Assembly: GCF_018977255.1 (NCBI RefSeq)
Contig: NW_024704743.1
Coordinates: 51,276,001 to 51,340,000, forward strand
Direction of reading: 5' to 3'
Length of the DNA stretch: 64,000 nt
Origin: Callorhinchus milii
Taxonomy: Eukaryota
The notes below the pieces were generated by a model, which worked only from the letters and a program-made list of their open reading frames with translations, made no database searches and had not been told where the DNA came from. This document shows, in pieces, positions 27,605 through 39,800 of the stretch. The position numbers and the translations under genes were made by a program. Numbering within the stretch: the stretch's first letter is position 1; every line of letters begins with the position of its first letter.

Positions 27605-27725
27605 ACACAGAAGTGTAGAAAATGCTTAAATTCATTTTTAATTTGGATGCCAGTTCTTCTTAATAACTATGGAAAATCAGCTTTCAAATTAAGACTAAAT
27701 TTAAGAATTTTCTACAATTCTGTGT
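27605..27725. mobile_element. Palindromic MITE-like element (best copy; relatives at 10293, 18100, 34403, 35403)
   Basis: Left arm ACACAGAAGTGTAGAAAATGCTTAAATT pairs with right arm AATTTAAGAATTTTCTACAATTCTGTGT; weaker inner pairing. Confidence 0.7.
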
Positions 27726-28066
27726 AATTGAAATTGCAATGATGGATAGAATTATTGTCCCTGTTTTTCTAATGTCTTTGTACTTCCAATAACTTCTTCA
27801 TTTGATGATAAAAAAATACCTCGAAGAATCTACACTTCTGACAAATTACTACACTTTGCAATATTTCTTGCCATAATTTTTAAACACTCCTGCGAGAAGG
27901 GCAGTATATAAAGCAAGTTGTTGTTGTAATTGCTTGGAAAATGAATCTTGTTGGAAATTTCACCAATTATATGAGATCCGGGAGTAAATAGCCTCAAAGA
28001 GATTGGGTTGACACAGTTGTGGTTGGTTACTAGAAGGAGTGCCCATTTCTTCAACTCGAATTCTTT

Positions 28067-28387
28067 ATAATAATAATAATCCTTGCATTTGATATAGCGC
28101 TTTTCACGTCGGAAGGACGTCCCAAAGCGCTTCACAGAACACACTGTAAAGTGAATTGACTGTATATTTGTGGGCGAACGCGGCAGCCAATTGCGCACAG
28201 CAATGTCCCACAAACAGTCATAGATTGAAAATGACCAATTTTTTTTTATTATTGTTTTTGGTTTTGGAGGGATTGTTATTAGGCGTGTGGAGTAAGGAAA
28301 CTTGCCCAAGGTTTCGCCCTGCCTGGAATTGAACTCAGGTCTCTCGCTTGCAAAGCGAGTGCTCTAACCACGGAGCTACAGGACTCC
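28067..28387 (-). mobile_element. Young tRNA-derived SINE, short form, well preserved
   Basis: Reverse complement closely matches 6882-7208 and retains many CpGs. Confidence 0.92.
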
Positions 28388-28439
28388 ACAAATGTAGGAA
28401 TGATGTTAACAAGTTTGGAAATATGAAAATATAACAGGC

Positions 28440-28695
28440 TTTCTCCTCCTGGTCTCTCTTCAGCACCTTCTACTAGTTGTGTGCACATGTAGCAGCTGAG
28501 TGGGAAGAGGATAGGCTTGGCTCTGACACAGTCTACAGTCAAGTGACCTGCTGACACTTCCTGCCAAGGCTCACGCATGAACAATGTTCACTTGGGTGGG
28601 GAACTGGAAGACAACCAGCACCTATACCTCAGCAAGAGGAGTTCAGACCAGGAGGAGGGAGGCATCTGCCAGTGAGGAGGACAATTGGAAAAATG
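28440..28695 (+). mobile_element. AmnSINE2-like SINE, 3' portion
   Basis: GGATAGGCTTGGCTCTGA...CCTGCTGACACT...AGGCTCACGCATGAACAATGTTCACTTGGG...GAGGAGGACAATTGGAAAA resembles the recalled consensus. Confidence 0.6.
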
Positions 28696-29436
28696 TTAGT
28701 GGACACACTAAATTTATGTATGAAAATGACAACTTGGATCCAACTATATAATCTATCTTTTTCAGTTGACTATTAGTCAGGTGGATTCTTGCTGAATTAG
28801 GAAACAAATATCTTGCGACCCTGAATCAGCATTGCTCTCCAGGATGTCCTTGAACCTTTCTGGCACACCATTCTTCCAGCTGGCTCACTGGGGGTATTGT
28901 ACAGCATCTGGACTAACAGGCAATGATCAGACATCTTTTTATGAAGCTATTATATGAAATAAACTTCTGGCAAAGGAAGAAAGCCTGGAAATTACAGTCA
29001 CATTCATTTATATCTCAATGTGCAGTGAGAACACTCCTGATTATACCCCTGAAGTGCTGCATTTTCTGATTGTCATTCCTGCTTTGTGCTCACCTGGGTG
29101 TAAGCTGTTTATGGTAGGGCTGGTTATTGGTAGGTAGTTATCAGAAAATAGTGGTGATAATTTGTCAATTTTTATACATATAAATTGAATACCAACTTCT
29201 TCACCCAAGCATCAGAGACTTCAAATTTTAATCAAAGTTTCGGCTGGCAATCTTCAAATTTTCTAATACTGAGTGAAAGGAATCAGTGTTTGAAACTTAC
29301 GAACTTGACCTTAATGCTATACATTCATGAATCCAAAGACTAAGAAAGAATAAAAGTGAAAATGTTGAGGTTTCTTAACAAATTTGATACCAGATTGTTT
29401 TACCCCTACCGTTTCTAGGTATAAACTCTTTATGGG

Positions 29437-29650
29437 AATAATAGTAATCCTTACATTTGATATAGCACCTTATCGCATCAGAAGAACATCTCAAAGGATT
29501 TACAGTGAAATGGAGTGACTGTGTATTTGGAGGCAAACTCAACTGCACAATTTCACACAGCAGTGTCCCACAAACAGCTATGAAACAAATGACCAATTTT
29601 GTTCAGGGGCCAAAATTGGCCAGGACATCAAGAGAAACTTCCTTCTCTGG
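29437..29650 (-). mobile_element. DeuSINE-like SINE 3' half
   Basis: TAATCCTTACATTTGATATAGCACC...GTCCCACAAACAGC...TTGGCCAGGACA. Confidence 0.75.
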
Positions 29651-29651
29651 A

Positions 29652-29980
29652 AACAACAACCACAAATTACATTAGTATAAAGTCTTTGACGTCAGGAGGA
29701 CGTCCCAAAAGCACTAGATATTCGGGGATTTAAACCCGAGCACAGGGTTGGGATCAGGAGGAATGGAGGCAGGGACAGTAAGGGTGGGAGATTGGCCGAA
29801 GGCACGGCCAAAGGGGGAGGGCCTTGAAGGCGGCAAGCAAGGGAACAAGATCAAGAGACTGTGAGATAGAGTTCCAAAGGCTGAGGGCAGAGAGGTTGAA
29901 GGCCCAACCGGCAACAGTAGGATGGGCTGGGTGGGGGACGCGGAACAGGCCGGCGCCTGCTGAGCAGAAGGAACAGACCA
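29652..29980 (-). mobile_element. L2 LINE 3' fragment
   Basis: (AAC)n tail; minus translation contains AFNLSALSLWNSI...FKAL (L2 C-terminus). Confidence 0.85.
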
Positions 29981-32514
29981 ATTGATATGAAAAAAGATAA
30001 GCTAGGGCTTTGAGCTCAATGCAACATGGTCCAGCGAACATTTAAGTCCTTCCTGTAACACTGAAGAGTGTACATGCCAAGACTTTTTATTCAAGATCAA
30101 AATCTGACCCCATCACAGATTCATTATATGAGAATTTCAGGGAAGAACTGAGTGTGCCACAAGGCAGAAATGTAGCTTTTATGGTGCTGTGCTGGTGCTG
30201 TGTGGAAATATATTTTCTTGCCTTTAAGCAGTCTGGAAGTATTTGGAGGGCCTTGGCCATCTGTGCCTTACCCTTACCAAGGTTATTACCCATATACTAC
30301 TGTTCACCCGCATTGATTTGGAAAAACTAGGAATGAATCACCTTTCAAGCAGGTTCAGGGAGTAACATTATATCAAATACAATAAATCTGATGGCATCAT
30401 TAAACAATACTCAAAAGTGCAAAGGAGACAATAAGTTGAACACAAAAGGACATTATGCATAATTACACGCTGTATAAGATCATTCACTGCTGTGAATTAA
30501 AAGTGCTTCAAAATGTATTAAATTACTATCCGAACTCAGCTCACTGAACTGAAAAATGCCTGATGGCAGAAAGCCTCTCAAATCTGTCACTGAGGTTTAA
30601 TGTTCTTTTCCTGAGGAAACCGACACACTTTAAATATTATATCATTTACATTCCTTTTGATTATGACAAACAATACAAAATACATGTTAGTTTTGTTAGG
30701 ACACATTATGTTAATCAAATCGAGTTGTCCCAGAGAAAGGCTGAAATTGTTTTGAGTCTGCTGATGCAAATGCCTTGCAGTACCTAACAAGGTTATGAGT
30801 ATTAAATAAGATTGCACTCTGACCTTATAACTGCCCACCTGATTTTATCACCACCTTTAATTGCTTTCAATATATTACCACTATAATTAATTTTGCCTGA
30901 AAACATCGCAAAGGACAATGCGAGGGGCATTGGTTCTGTTAAGTGCCACATTTTCACTGTTTACTCAAAGGAACCTATCCTGTGGGAAGTCACATTGAGG
31001 GACTCTAGATCCAAACACCATCCAGTAGCATCCACCCATGTAGATTCCTGCAGGGATGAAACAAAACATGGAGGACATTGGCCTGAATTAATTCTCGTAC
31101 TGCTGACTGTGAGATTTTGTGCCCAGTTTTTATTTTGCCTGTTTAACAAGACAAAATATTGAAATAACAGGGATAGGTAACAGTAATGTTGGTTTCATTG
31201 TGTGGGTGTAAATATTTTTGACTTTCTGTGGATAATTCATTAATCTTAATCATGGCTATTTATCGAATACAATTTATACGATACCAGAAAGAATTAGGAT
31301 CAGGGCTATATGCATGATTTTTATCTCATAAGGTCTTAAGCTCAGACCCGAACTTGCTGGTCCCAATAACCATTGGGGGTCAGGTATAGATGCTCCCTTC
31401 AAAGAGGGAAGAAAGGTTTGGGGAACGTCTGCAGCAAATCCTAGCTAGAGTACCTGGCTCACAAGTGAGGTGACTGAGGTTTAACAGCAAGCAGTCAGCC
31501 CGCATTCTTGGATGAGCCTGAATACCACACATATCACTGGCAGACCAACAGGGACAGGCAAAAACTAGACGGTACTTAAAATGGAGGGAAATAAAAAATA
31601 GTCTTTTCCTCAATAACTCACAAGCTCCTGCGATTTGCTTATGAATTATGTTAATTAGATATATAATTTACATATGTAAATTCCGTTAATAGGTTATCAG
31701 GCTTCCACTATTACTCAAAAACTGTAAGTTCTAATTTCATGAAAGTTGGAAAGTACATATTTTACACTATGAGGGATAATGCATCAATTATTTATGAACT
31801 TTAATTTACATTTTGTAAATTAAATGTATTATAAAATATACATTCAGCTCAAAGATTGAAAAAAATATATTTTGCACAAGCAAAAGTACCAGAATTCTTT
31901 TCTTTCTTTGGAAAAGTTAGTTAAATGACCAAGGCCCATAGTATAGGATATACCAAGGTTCAAAAAAATAGGAGAGTGGGCAAGAAGCAGTGGTTAATCA
32001 AGCCTGGGTTTTGAAAATATGTTTTGTAGGAACAAGGGAAAACTAAGGGAAGTAAGGAGTTCCATGGTAAGGTTTTCCAATATTATTTTATTTAAAATTT
32101 GTTTCACTTTACATGAAATATATTCAAAAAATATATTTGTAAATTAACACATTAATAATGGGGAAATAAATGCTCCCATGTCTAAATTATATAAATGGAC
32201 CTTTACAAACAATCTTCCTAGATGCATAAACTAATATTTAGAAAATATACAGATTTTTGTGTGTTGTGTGTATTATATGAATTGAGTCCTCTCCTTTATT
32301 TTTGCACCCTTAATGTCCATAGAAATGATGAGGGGAGGGGAATAATATTGCCAACTACCACAGATGTATTGACAGATGTTGATTTATCATCTAATAGCTA
32401 TCAGCAGAAAGTTTATTATTTTTTAACTGGGCAAGTGAACAATTAAGTGTTACTCAATGTAATTGTGTATCCCACAAATTGACCATATGGTGCTTACTGG
32501 CAGCAATGAGAGTT

Positions 32515-32880
32515 TAAGAAAGTACGAAATGAGAAAAGGCCAGCCATTCGACACATCAAACTTGTAATATTCCACAGAAAATGTACCCTTTGCACATGCC
32601 GTCTAATCCTCTGTTATCTTATGGGGAAAGCTCTGCATTGGTACTCAATGATCTTTAAGATTTTCAAGCAAAAACTCTAAACCAATGCCCATTCATTCTA
32701 AACCAATGACCATTCATTCTCCATTTCTGCCTGGCCTCCTTCCCTCAATAGAGAAAATTCCCTCTCTACCAGCCCAGCAGAGGGTGCCCAAACTGCACAC
32801 AATATTTTAAATGTGGCTTCACCAATGATCTACACAAACTTAGAATAATTTATTTTAACTTATAATCAATGAGCGCACAG
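32515..32880 (-). mobile_element. Decayed CR1 fragment with an internal 21-bp tandem duplication
   Basis: TAAGAAAGTACGAAATGAGAAAAGGCC...CATTCG tail; GTGCCCAAACTGCACACAATA; TCTAAACCAATG(C/A)CCATTCAT twice. Confidence 0.6.
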
Positions 32881-33522
32881 TTCCAACTTAATATTTAATT
32901 AATTTACTTGATTATCTTTTGTTGCCTTCGCAGGAAAGAGAAAGATGTCTTGAGTAGCAACAAGGAATATTTGAGCGTGTGTTCACCTCTTCCAACCATT
33001 GTTTATTCATCATTTAATTACAGACCCAAAGTAATTTTAGTCATTTGTTATTATTCTCATAACATTAATATCTTGAAAAATACTGTAATAACCTGTTCCT
33101 ATTTTGTGTTTTTAATCAAAGTTTTCATCCCTTTTCCATCACTTAGTCATGGATCAAAAGAATTTGATGGCGATAGGTCAGATACCAACTAGTTTAGGCA
33201 GGATGCAGAATGAAGTGAATATGAAGAATAAGTGAAAGCATATCAAACAAACAATATCTTTGCAAAAACTTAGCATGAAGGCCTAGGATAAAATTCCTAT
33301 TCAACTCACAATATTCTTTTTTAGCAATTAAAATACCATATACCAACAAAGCAGTAGCATAAATCTTATGGCAAGAAATCAATTGACTAAAGATAACTAT
33401 AAGTGCACTGATTTCCGGAGCTTGAATCTTGAAGGTCAGATTTAATGAACAAATGTATTGTTAGTTGTCTTATTTATTATTATCATTGATATAACACCCC
33501 ACCCAATTATGCTGTGCTCTAA

Positions 33523-33840
33523 ATAATATTCTTGCATTTGATATAGCTGCTTATCACCTCATGATTTACTGTAAGATGTAGTGTCTGTGGATTTGTAGAT
33601 GGAAGTACCGGTTTCTGGAACATTGCTGTGAGCAAATAGTCTATTTGTGCATAGCAATGTCCTGGAAACAGCCTTGAAATGAATGACTAATTTTAATTGG
33701 GGATTGTTAGCCAGGACTCTGGGAAAAACTCCCTTTGCTTTGTGAATAGTGCCAGGGGATCTTTAATGTCCACCTGAACAGACAGATGGGGTCTCAGTTT
33801 AACATCTCATCCAATAGACTGTACCTCCGATAATGCTTCT
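33523..33840 (-). mobile_element. DeuSINE/SacSINE1-like SINE
   Basis: AATAGTGCCAGGGGATCTTTAATGTCCACCTGAACAGACAGATGGGGTCTCAGTTTAACATCTCATCC is the reverse of the core. Confidence 0.85.
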
Positions 33841-36800
33841 GTTATAAAATCTCTGAACCTTGGTTCATTCCTGAGCTTTTTTATGCTGTCATAGAATTTA
33901 TATTTCACGCACATCATAATATGCAAATTATTTGTCACAGGGAATGTATGGTAATAAGTAGAGACATTATTTATGAAGTAACATTTTTAGGACAATAATA
34001 TTAATACTTTTTAAACTGATGAATTACGGCAAACACCACCATGAAATGTATACCCCAGTTACATTACATATTATTCCCGCATTGGCTGTAGACTTCTGTT
34101 TCTATACAATTCAAAATAGGAACATATAGCATGGGAGGAGGCTATTTGACTCATCAAGCTAAAATGATGTTAGCTCATCCCACTGGATCTAACTACAGTA
34201 CTCTAATCACAATCCCCAACTCTTTTCTTGTACTCTTTTATATTTTTTTTATATTGTGATTAGCCACAATTTTGGTTTGACAGGTGTTGCTTGATTTCTC
34301 AGTCCTGCTCCTGAATCAAAACAAATAACTGCAGTATAAAGCAAAGGAGTTAAATTCTACTTTGGCCTAAATTGACTCTATCAATAGAGAATTACTTGTA
34401 ATAATTTAGCAAATTCATAAATGCAGCCTTGATTTTGAAAACAATTTTCAATAAGTTGTTTTAAAACTATAGAATAATTGCTTTAAAGATAAGACTGAAT
34501 TCACCAATTTGCCAAATTCTGGACACTCTGAAATAATACGTAAATAGAGTAAAGCTAGAATCAATGGAATTTCTATCCACATGTTTGTAAGTTTGCAGTT
34601 AATGCAAAACAAACCTTTAACTTTAAACAATCATGTATTCACCTTCATGCATGTTAATATTGACAGAAAACTAGACACCCTCATAGCTCTTTCATTATCT
34701 TTCAAAAGTAACCAGCATAGTTTTGTTGATCTCTACACATACACTCAATTCTACATCCATGGAGAACTCCCTTACCTGGACTCAACATTCTGATCCTCAG
34801 TGAACAGTGTTGCTACCACAGTTGCATTTTCTCGCTCTATCTTTACTCCACTTACAGGCACCAGATCGAATTGGTGCCTGTGGAAAAAACTAGACAATTT
34901 GACTAGTCAGGCAAAGGTCAGTAAAGATATTAAATTAAGTGTGTAATTATCCAATGGAATTTCTATTTACATAATATCAACAAATCGTATAGTATAACGT
35001 GCATGAATAATGATGAATGATATTAAACTACCTATTTGGTGCAGAAGTTGATTTATGCTGGAATTGGCATGTACTACATTTGGCACTAAACAAGTGTTAC
35101 AATCTTTGCCCTGATGTAGAAGTACACTGATTCATCTGGAATATGTGTCCCTTTACCAATTTGTATCAACCCCTCAAAAATGAGTGTCTGACTGTGCATT
35201 CATGTTGTGCAGACTCCAGTATAACAGTTGGAATTGACACAATGAGAATGAACTCCAGTCAATCTCTTCAACAGCACGAGACACTAGATGCATGCCAGCA
35301 CTTGGACTTTTAAGTGTGCCTTACTGACGGAAGCAAGTCCTGCACACTGGAAGCCAAAAATTCTGAACTTGCAAAACCATTTTGTCTTACAGTTTAAAAC
35401 TGTGCAGAATTGTGAAAAGTCTTAAGTTGGAAGCCGGTTTTTCACTATTTTTAAAACAATCTGTAGAAAAACAGCTTCAAAGTTAAGAATGAACTTACGA
35501 TTTTTTAAAATTCTGCAAAATTTAACTTTTTAAAAAGAGTGGGCTTAATGTTAAAACTAACTGTTCAGGGCTCTAGTTTCCTCTTGGGAGCACTTCTGCC
35601 TGTGAGCAAGTTTGAATGTCTATGTGTACAGTGTCGGTGGATGTGCTGTTGGCATCACAAAGCAAGAGTTTTAAGTAGAACCTAGCCTTAAGGTTTCATT
35701 ATTTAAAGTCACTTCACTCCCATAGCACTGAAACTGTTAAGCTGTTACTGCAGTAACAAACTCAAATTAATCCTTTCTTTTAGCGTACAGGCTTTTAGAA
35801 ACATATGACATCATCTTTGGCTTTATCTGGGAGTGAGGCCCTATTTTGTGTCTCACTTGTGACCAAGAAAATAAAGAGACATAATTGTTATGAGCCACAT
35901 ATATCATTACTTAAAAAATGATCTTTTTAATGAGTGCATTAACCCAGCTTTAGTTGGTAAAGGAGCTGAATTATAATAATTCTTCAGCCATCATGGAACA
36001 TCTATGTTTACAATAAATGCAGTGGAAGATACCTCACACTTTTAACTTGTTATAAATGGACCTGAATTGAATTGTAAATCTATTTTTGTCGATAACCATT
36101 GGAATAATTGTTCTCCTCAGTGTTGTGAGTATATTTGATGAAAACATTACAAAGACGTAACTCCATTTACAGAGTTCAGCTGCTCTAAGATGATTGTATG
36201 CAACACATGCTTTGTGCCATTCTCAACTTAACCCCCGTCCATTCCGCCCACTTATTTTTCTTTTACAAAATAATCTCCAAAGAAGTTTGTAAGGCCCCCA
36301 TGATATATCAAGAGCAGTTTGGGCTTTTTGGATGGGGGAGATCAACTTTTATATTTTTGCAGCTTTCACGTTGCAGTTAGCTTTGAAATAAGATGCACCT
36401 AAATACAGCTGAAAGTTGTATCAAGCATTTGTGGGTGTGCCTACTGAACTCTGTGACTTGCTGTTCCCAGCTGGGCTATGCTATTGTGCAGATATTCACC
36501 CAATGCACTCATGAAACTGGATAAATGGATTAGTGGATCAGAGACACCGCCAGCACCTTCAAAAGAAAGGCAGCAGCTTACAAAAGGGATGACATTTGTG
36601 TACCAGGGCAGAGGGTGTGTGAATGCTCTGCTTCTGCCAAATTGACAAGACAGTGATAAACTTTTAACAGTAGCTACCTCATTCTGTTCTATTTCTCCAT
36701 CCAAATGAAAGATTTCTCATTGAAGGAGAGGTGTTTGCAGCTTGTGTTGGACCTTCAGTAGCAAGGAATGATCCATTGCATATGAACAATAAGTTCACAT

Positions 36801-39800
36801 ATATGTTTCATTGTCTATCAACTAGCAACAAACCTTTAACATTTAAATGTTTATTTTTAAATGACTTTTGTTACCTAACATAAAAATAGCCACAATGCAA
36901 AAACAACCCTACATATACAAGAAAGTTGTATTTAAAAAGGAAAGTAAATCTAGGATTGGGAGAGAATAGCAGACCATATAACAATCATGCTTTACCCAAT
37001 ATTGAATTATAGGCAATCAAACATCCACCAAGGTTATTATGTGATCCACAGTATTTTTAGTTCATTTCACGTAAAGAAATATAATGTGACAATATTACAA
37101 TATTGTGTTTCATATTTGTATAAATGCAATTAATTCAATATAGAATTTTTCACATTAAAAAACAACTTATCTATAAACAGGGAACATCAGTTTAAAATAC
37201 ATTGCATTTTCAAATAAATAATAAGATTGTGCTCAGTACTATTGGTTACATCTTTATTTATCTTTATTGCTATTTCAATGACTGATCTAATGGGAAAACA
37301 ACTTCCTTCACTACATAAATATTCAGTAGTGTGAAAGGTCATTCTAGAGTGGCTCAGTTAAGTGCCCATAAATATTCCTGCAATATTGGCATGACTATAC
37401 CAACAGCCAAACTAATATTTTAGTTTATCTCTTTTAGATTTGTATGCATCATGTCTAAGCTGCCTTTTAAAAAAGAATTATTATTGTAGCTTCCTCAAAT
37501 GCTTTCAATTCTACAATTTACTTACATTTCTTTGTAAATTGTAATTATTGTCTGCTTGTTGGTCGAGTTCGCTAAATATTCATTGTATATATTCCCTTGC
37601 TCATAAATGCATGCATTTGATTATATTTCAAGTTCCTAATTGTTGTACCTCAATGACATTTTTTTTAAAGCATCAGCTATATATCTTGTGTATTGGCTAT
37701 TTTGTAATAACTGTAACATTTTTTCACAAATTAAAAGATTGTGCAATATTCCTAATTTCTGTTGATCAGTTAAAATGAATACATCATCATTTGTGGAAAT
37801 TCTTTCACAGGTAAAATCGTTTGCATAACCGATGCCATTAAAGGCCCACATAAAAACTGCAAGTGCCCAAGGTTTCTGGAACAGAGTGTCCAGGTAATTC
37901 TGGATCTAGTAATAAGATGACAGGCTCTTTTGCCTTCAAGCATTTTCAACTGGGAGATTTTTCACTTTCTGATAATGCCCTTTTATCAACATTAAAACAC
38001 TTATCTTTTAACCACACACATTTTTTCCATTGTTTCTGTGTGGTCCTGCCCTCACTTATTCCCTTTCAACTTAATCCATTTTTTATGTATGTGCACTGCC
38101 TTTTATTTGACAGTGTAAGTTATTATTATTCGCTACTTTTCCACCACTGAGCCAATGCTGTCGAATGTGTGTGCAAGACAGAAAGAAAGAGGAGTCACAC
38201 ATACGCGTACACCCAAACCTGTTACTGGGGTTATTCGGTTAAGACATTAATATCATTTATGCATAAAAGAGTTACCCTACTTCTAATTATTGTTAATATT
38301 AATAATTTAAAGCATTAAATAGCCAGCCTCCCCGAGGCAAGATACAGCTATTATGCGTGTATATTATCTTTGTTTCCACATTTAGGGTGATGCAATTGAT
38401 AATGACTCACTGTGCGTTTGTTAGGATTATTAATAATGATGTATGTGTATGTGTTTATTGCAGCGTCATGGAATGACTAATATAGTGTTGCATTAATGGT
38501 TGTTATCTAATCTTTGCCATTCCCCCACATGCTTGCGGGCAGCATTAGAATGCCTCTGCAAGGGATAGAATAATGAGGGATTCAACCGTGATTATTGCTC
38601 ATTAGACACTTCACTGTACGTTTATTACTAAATGAATAATTGTATCCATATAAAAACCTCAGTGTTTTAGCTTACGGCCAAAAACAAGTCAGTAAACTCA
38701 CGCTGGCTTGCAACAATGCAAATAAATGTGACACCAGGAGGTTATTTTATACCACACTGTCTCGCAAGAGATTTCCTTTTTTTTATTATAAAAAAAATAA
38801 AAACCGAAAGGCGAAAAAGAAACAAATTTGATTTTGTCCGAGTGTATTGGTTTCAGTGAACGACTCTTAATGGCTCTGGCTATAATATTGAACTAATCGG
38901 GCTGTTTTATTAATAATCATTCATCAGTTGTTTAAGTAAGAGGCTGTTTGACATTTCAATGTTGGGCATGACTGCAGGGACTTCTTTCGAGTCATTTAAC
39001 AGGACGATTGGAACTTTATAGCGTATGATTCATAGAGTCTTATAGTACACAGGAGCCGCCGTGCATGTTACATTAATCAGTGTCAGGGCAGTAAAACACA
39101 GATATGAATATGAATTCGCCACTTTCGGCACCAGATAAATGTGCTTTGTGAATAATTGATCACTGCTTAAAAAAGGAGGGGGGGGGGGAAAGATGAGACA
39201 CGCAGGAGTCTAAAACCCTTTACTCAGGGAAAAAAAAAAGCTCACTCACTGTGACCCTGCTTTGCATCTCTTTCCTCTCCAGTGTTTAGCAAGAAAACAA
39301 ACTGCCGGCTTCGCTCGCTTTCCGGGATAGTCGCACAGATCTCCCTTTTTTTTTTGAAAAATAAAGCAAAGATTTGAAAGTTATGAGAAAGTTGCATTGT
39401 TGCAATAACGCGATTTAGCACTAAGTTTGCTTTCAACGCAATTGCAAAGGACAAGTTTCGAAATGGTGCGTGCATATATGTTATTGTCCTTGTTCTATTA
39501 TGGTGCACATGGGTCCGAGCTCCCTTTAAGTGAGTAGCCTCCAGCCTCTTTACTTGACAGGGCAGCCGAATTCCTCTGCACTAGTCGAAACACATTTTTC
39601 TCACATGACGCGCCAATATTTCCCTAACATTTTAACCACTATAAAGTGGCAAACAACCATTTACTGCGGAGCTCAGTGAGTGGACTCATGAAATAGTAGC
39701 GTTGAGCAATACCGCGCTGTAGCTGCCTTACCTCTTCACAAAAGCTTGGTTAAATTATGAGCTCCCAAATAGTTGCCCGGTGAATATCTGCAAGACACAA

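Noticed and set aside
27830..28309. 159-aa ORF with similar peptides elsewhere (6960, 7051, 15921, 62179)
   Set aside because: Recurrent peptides such as KRYIKCKDYYY are translations of SINE copies, not a gene family.
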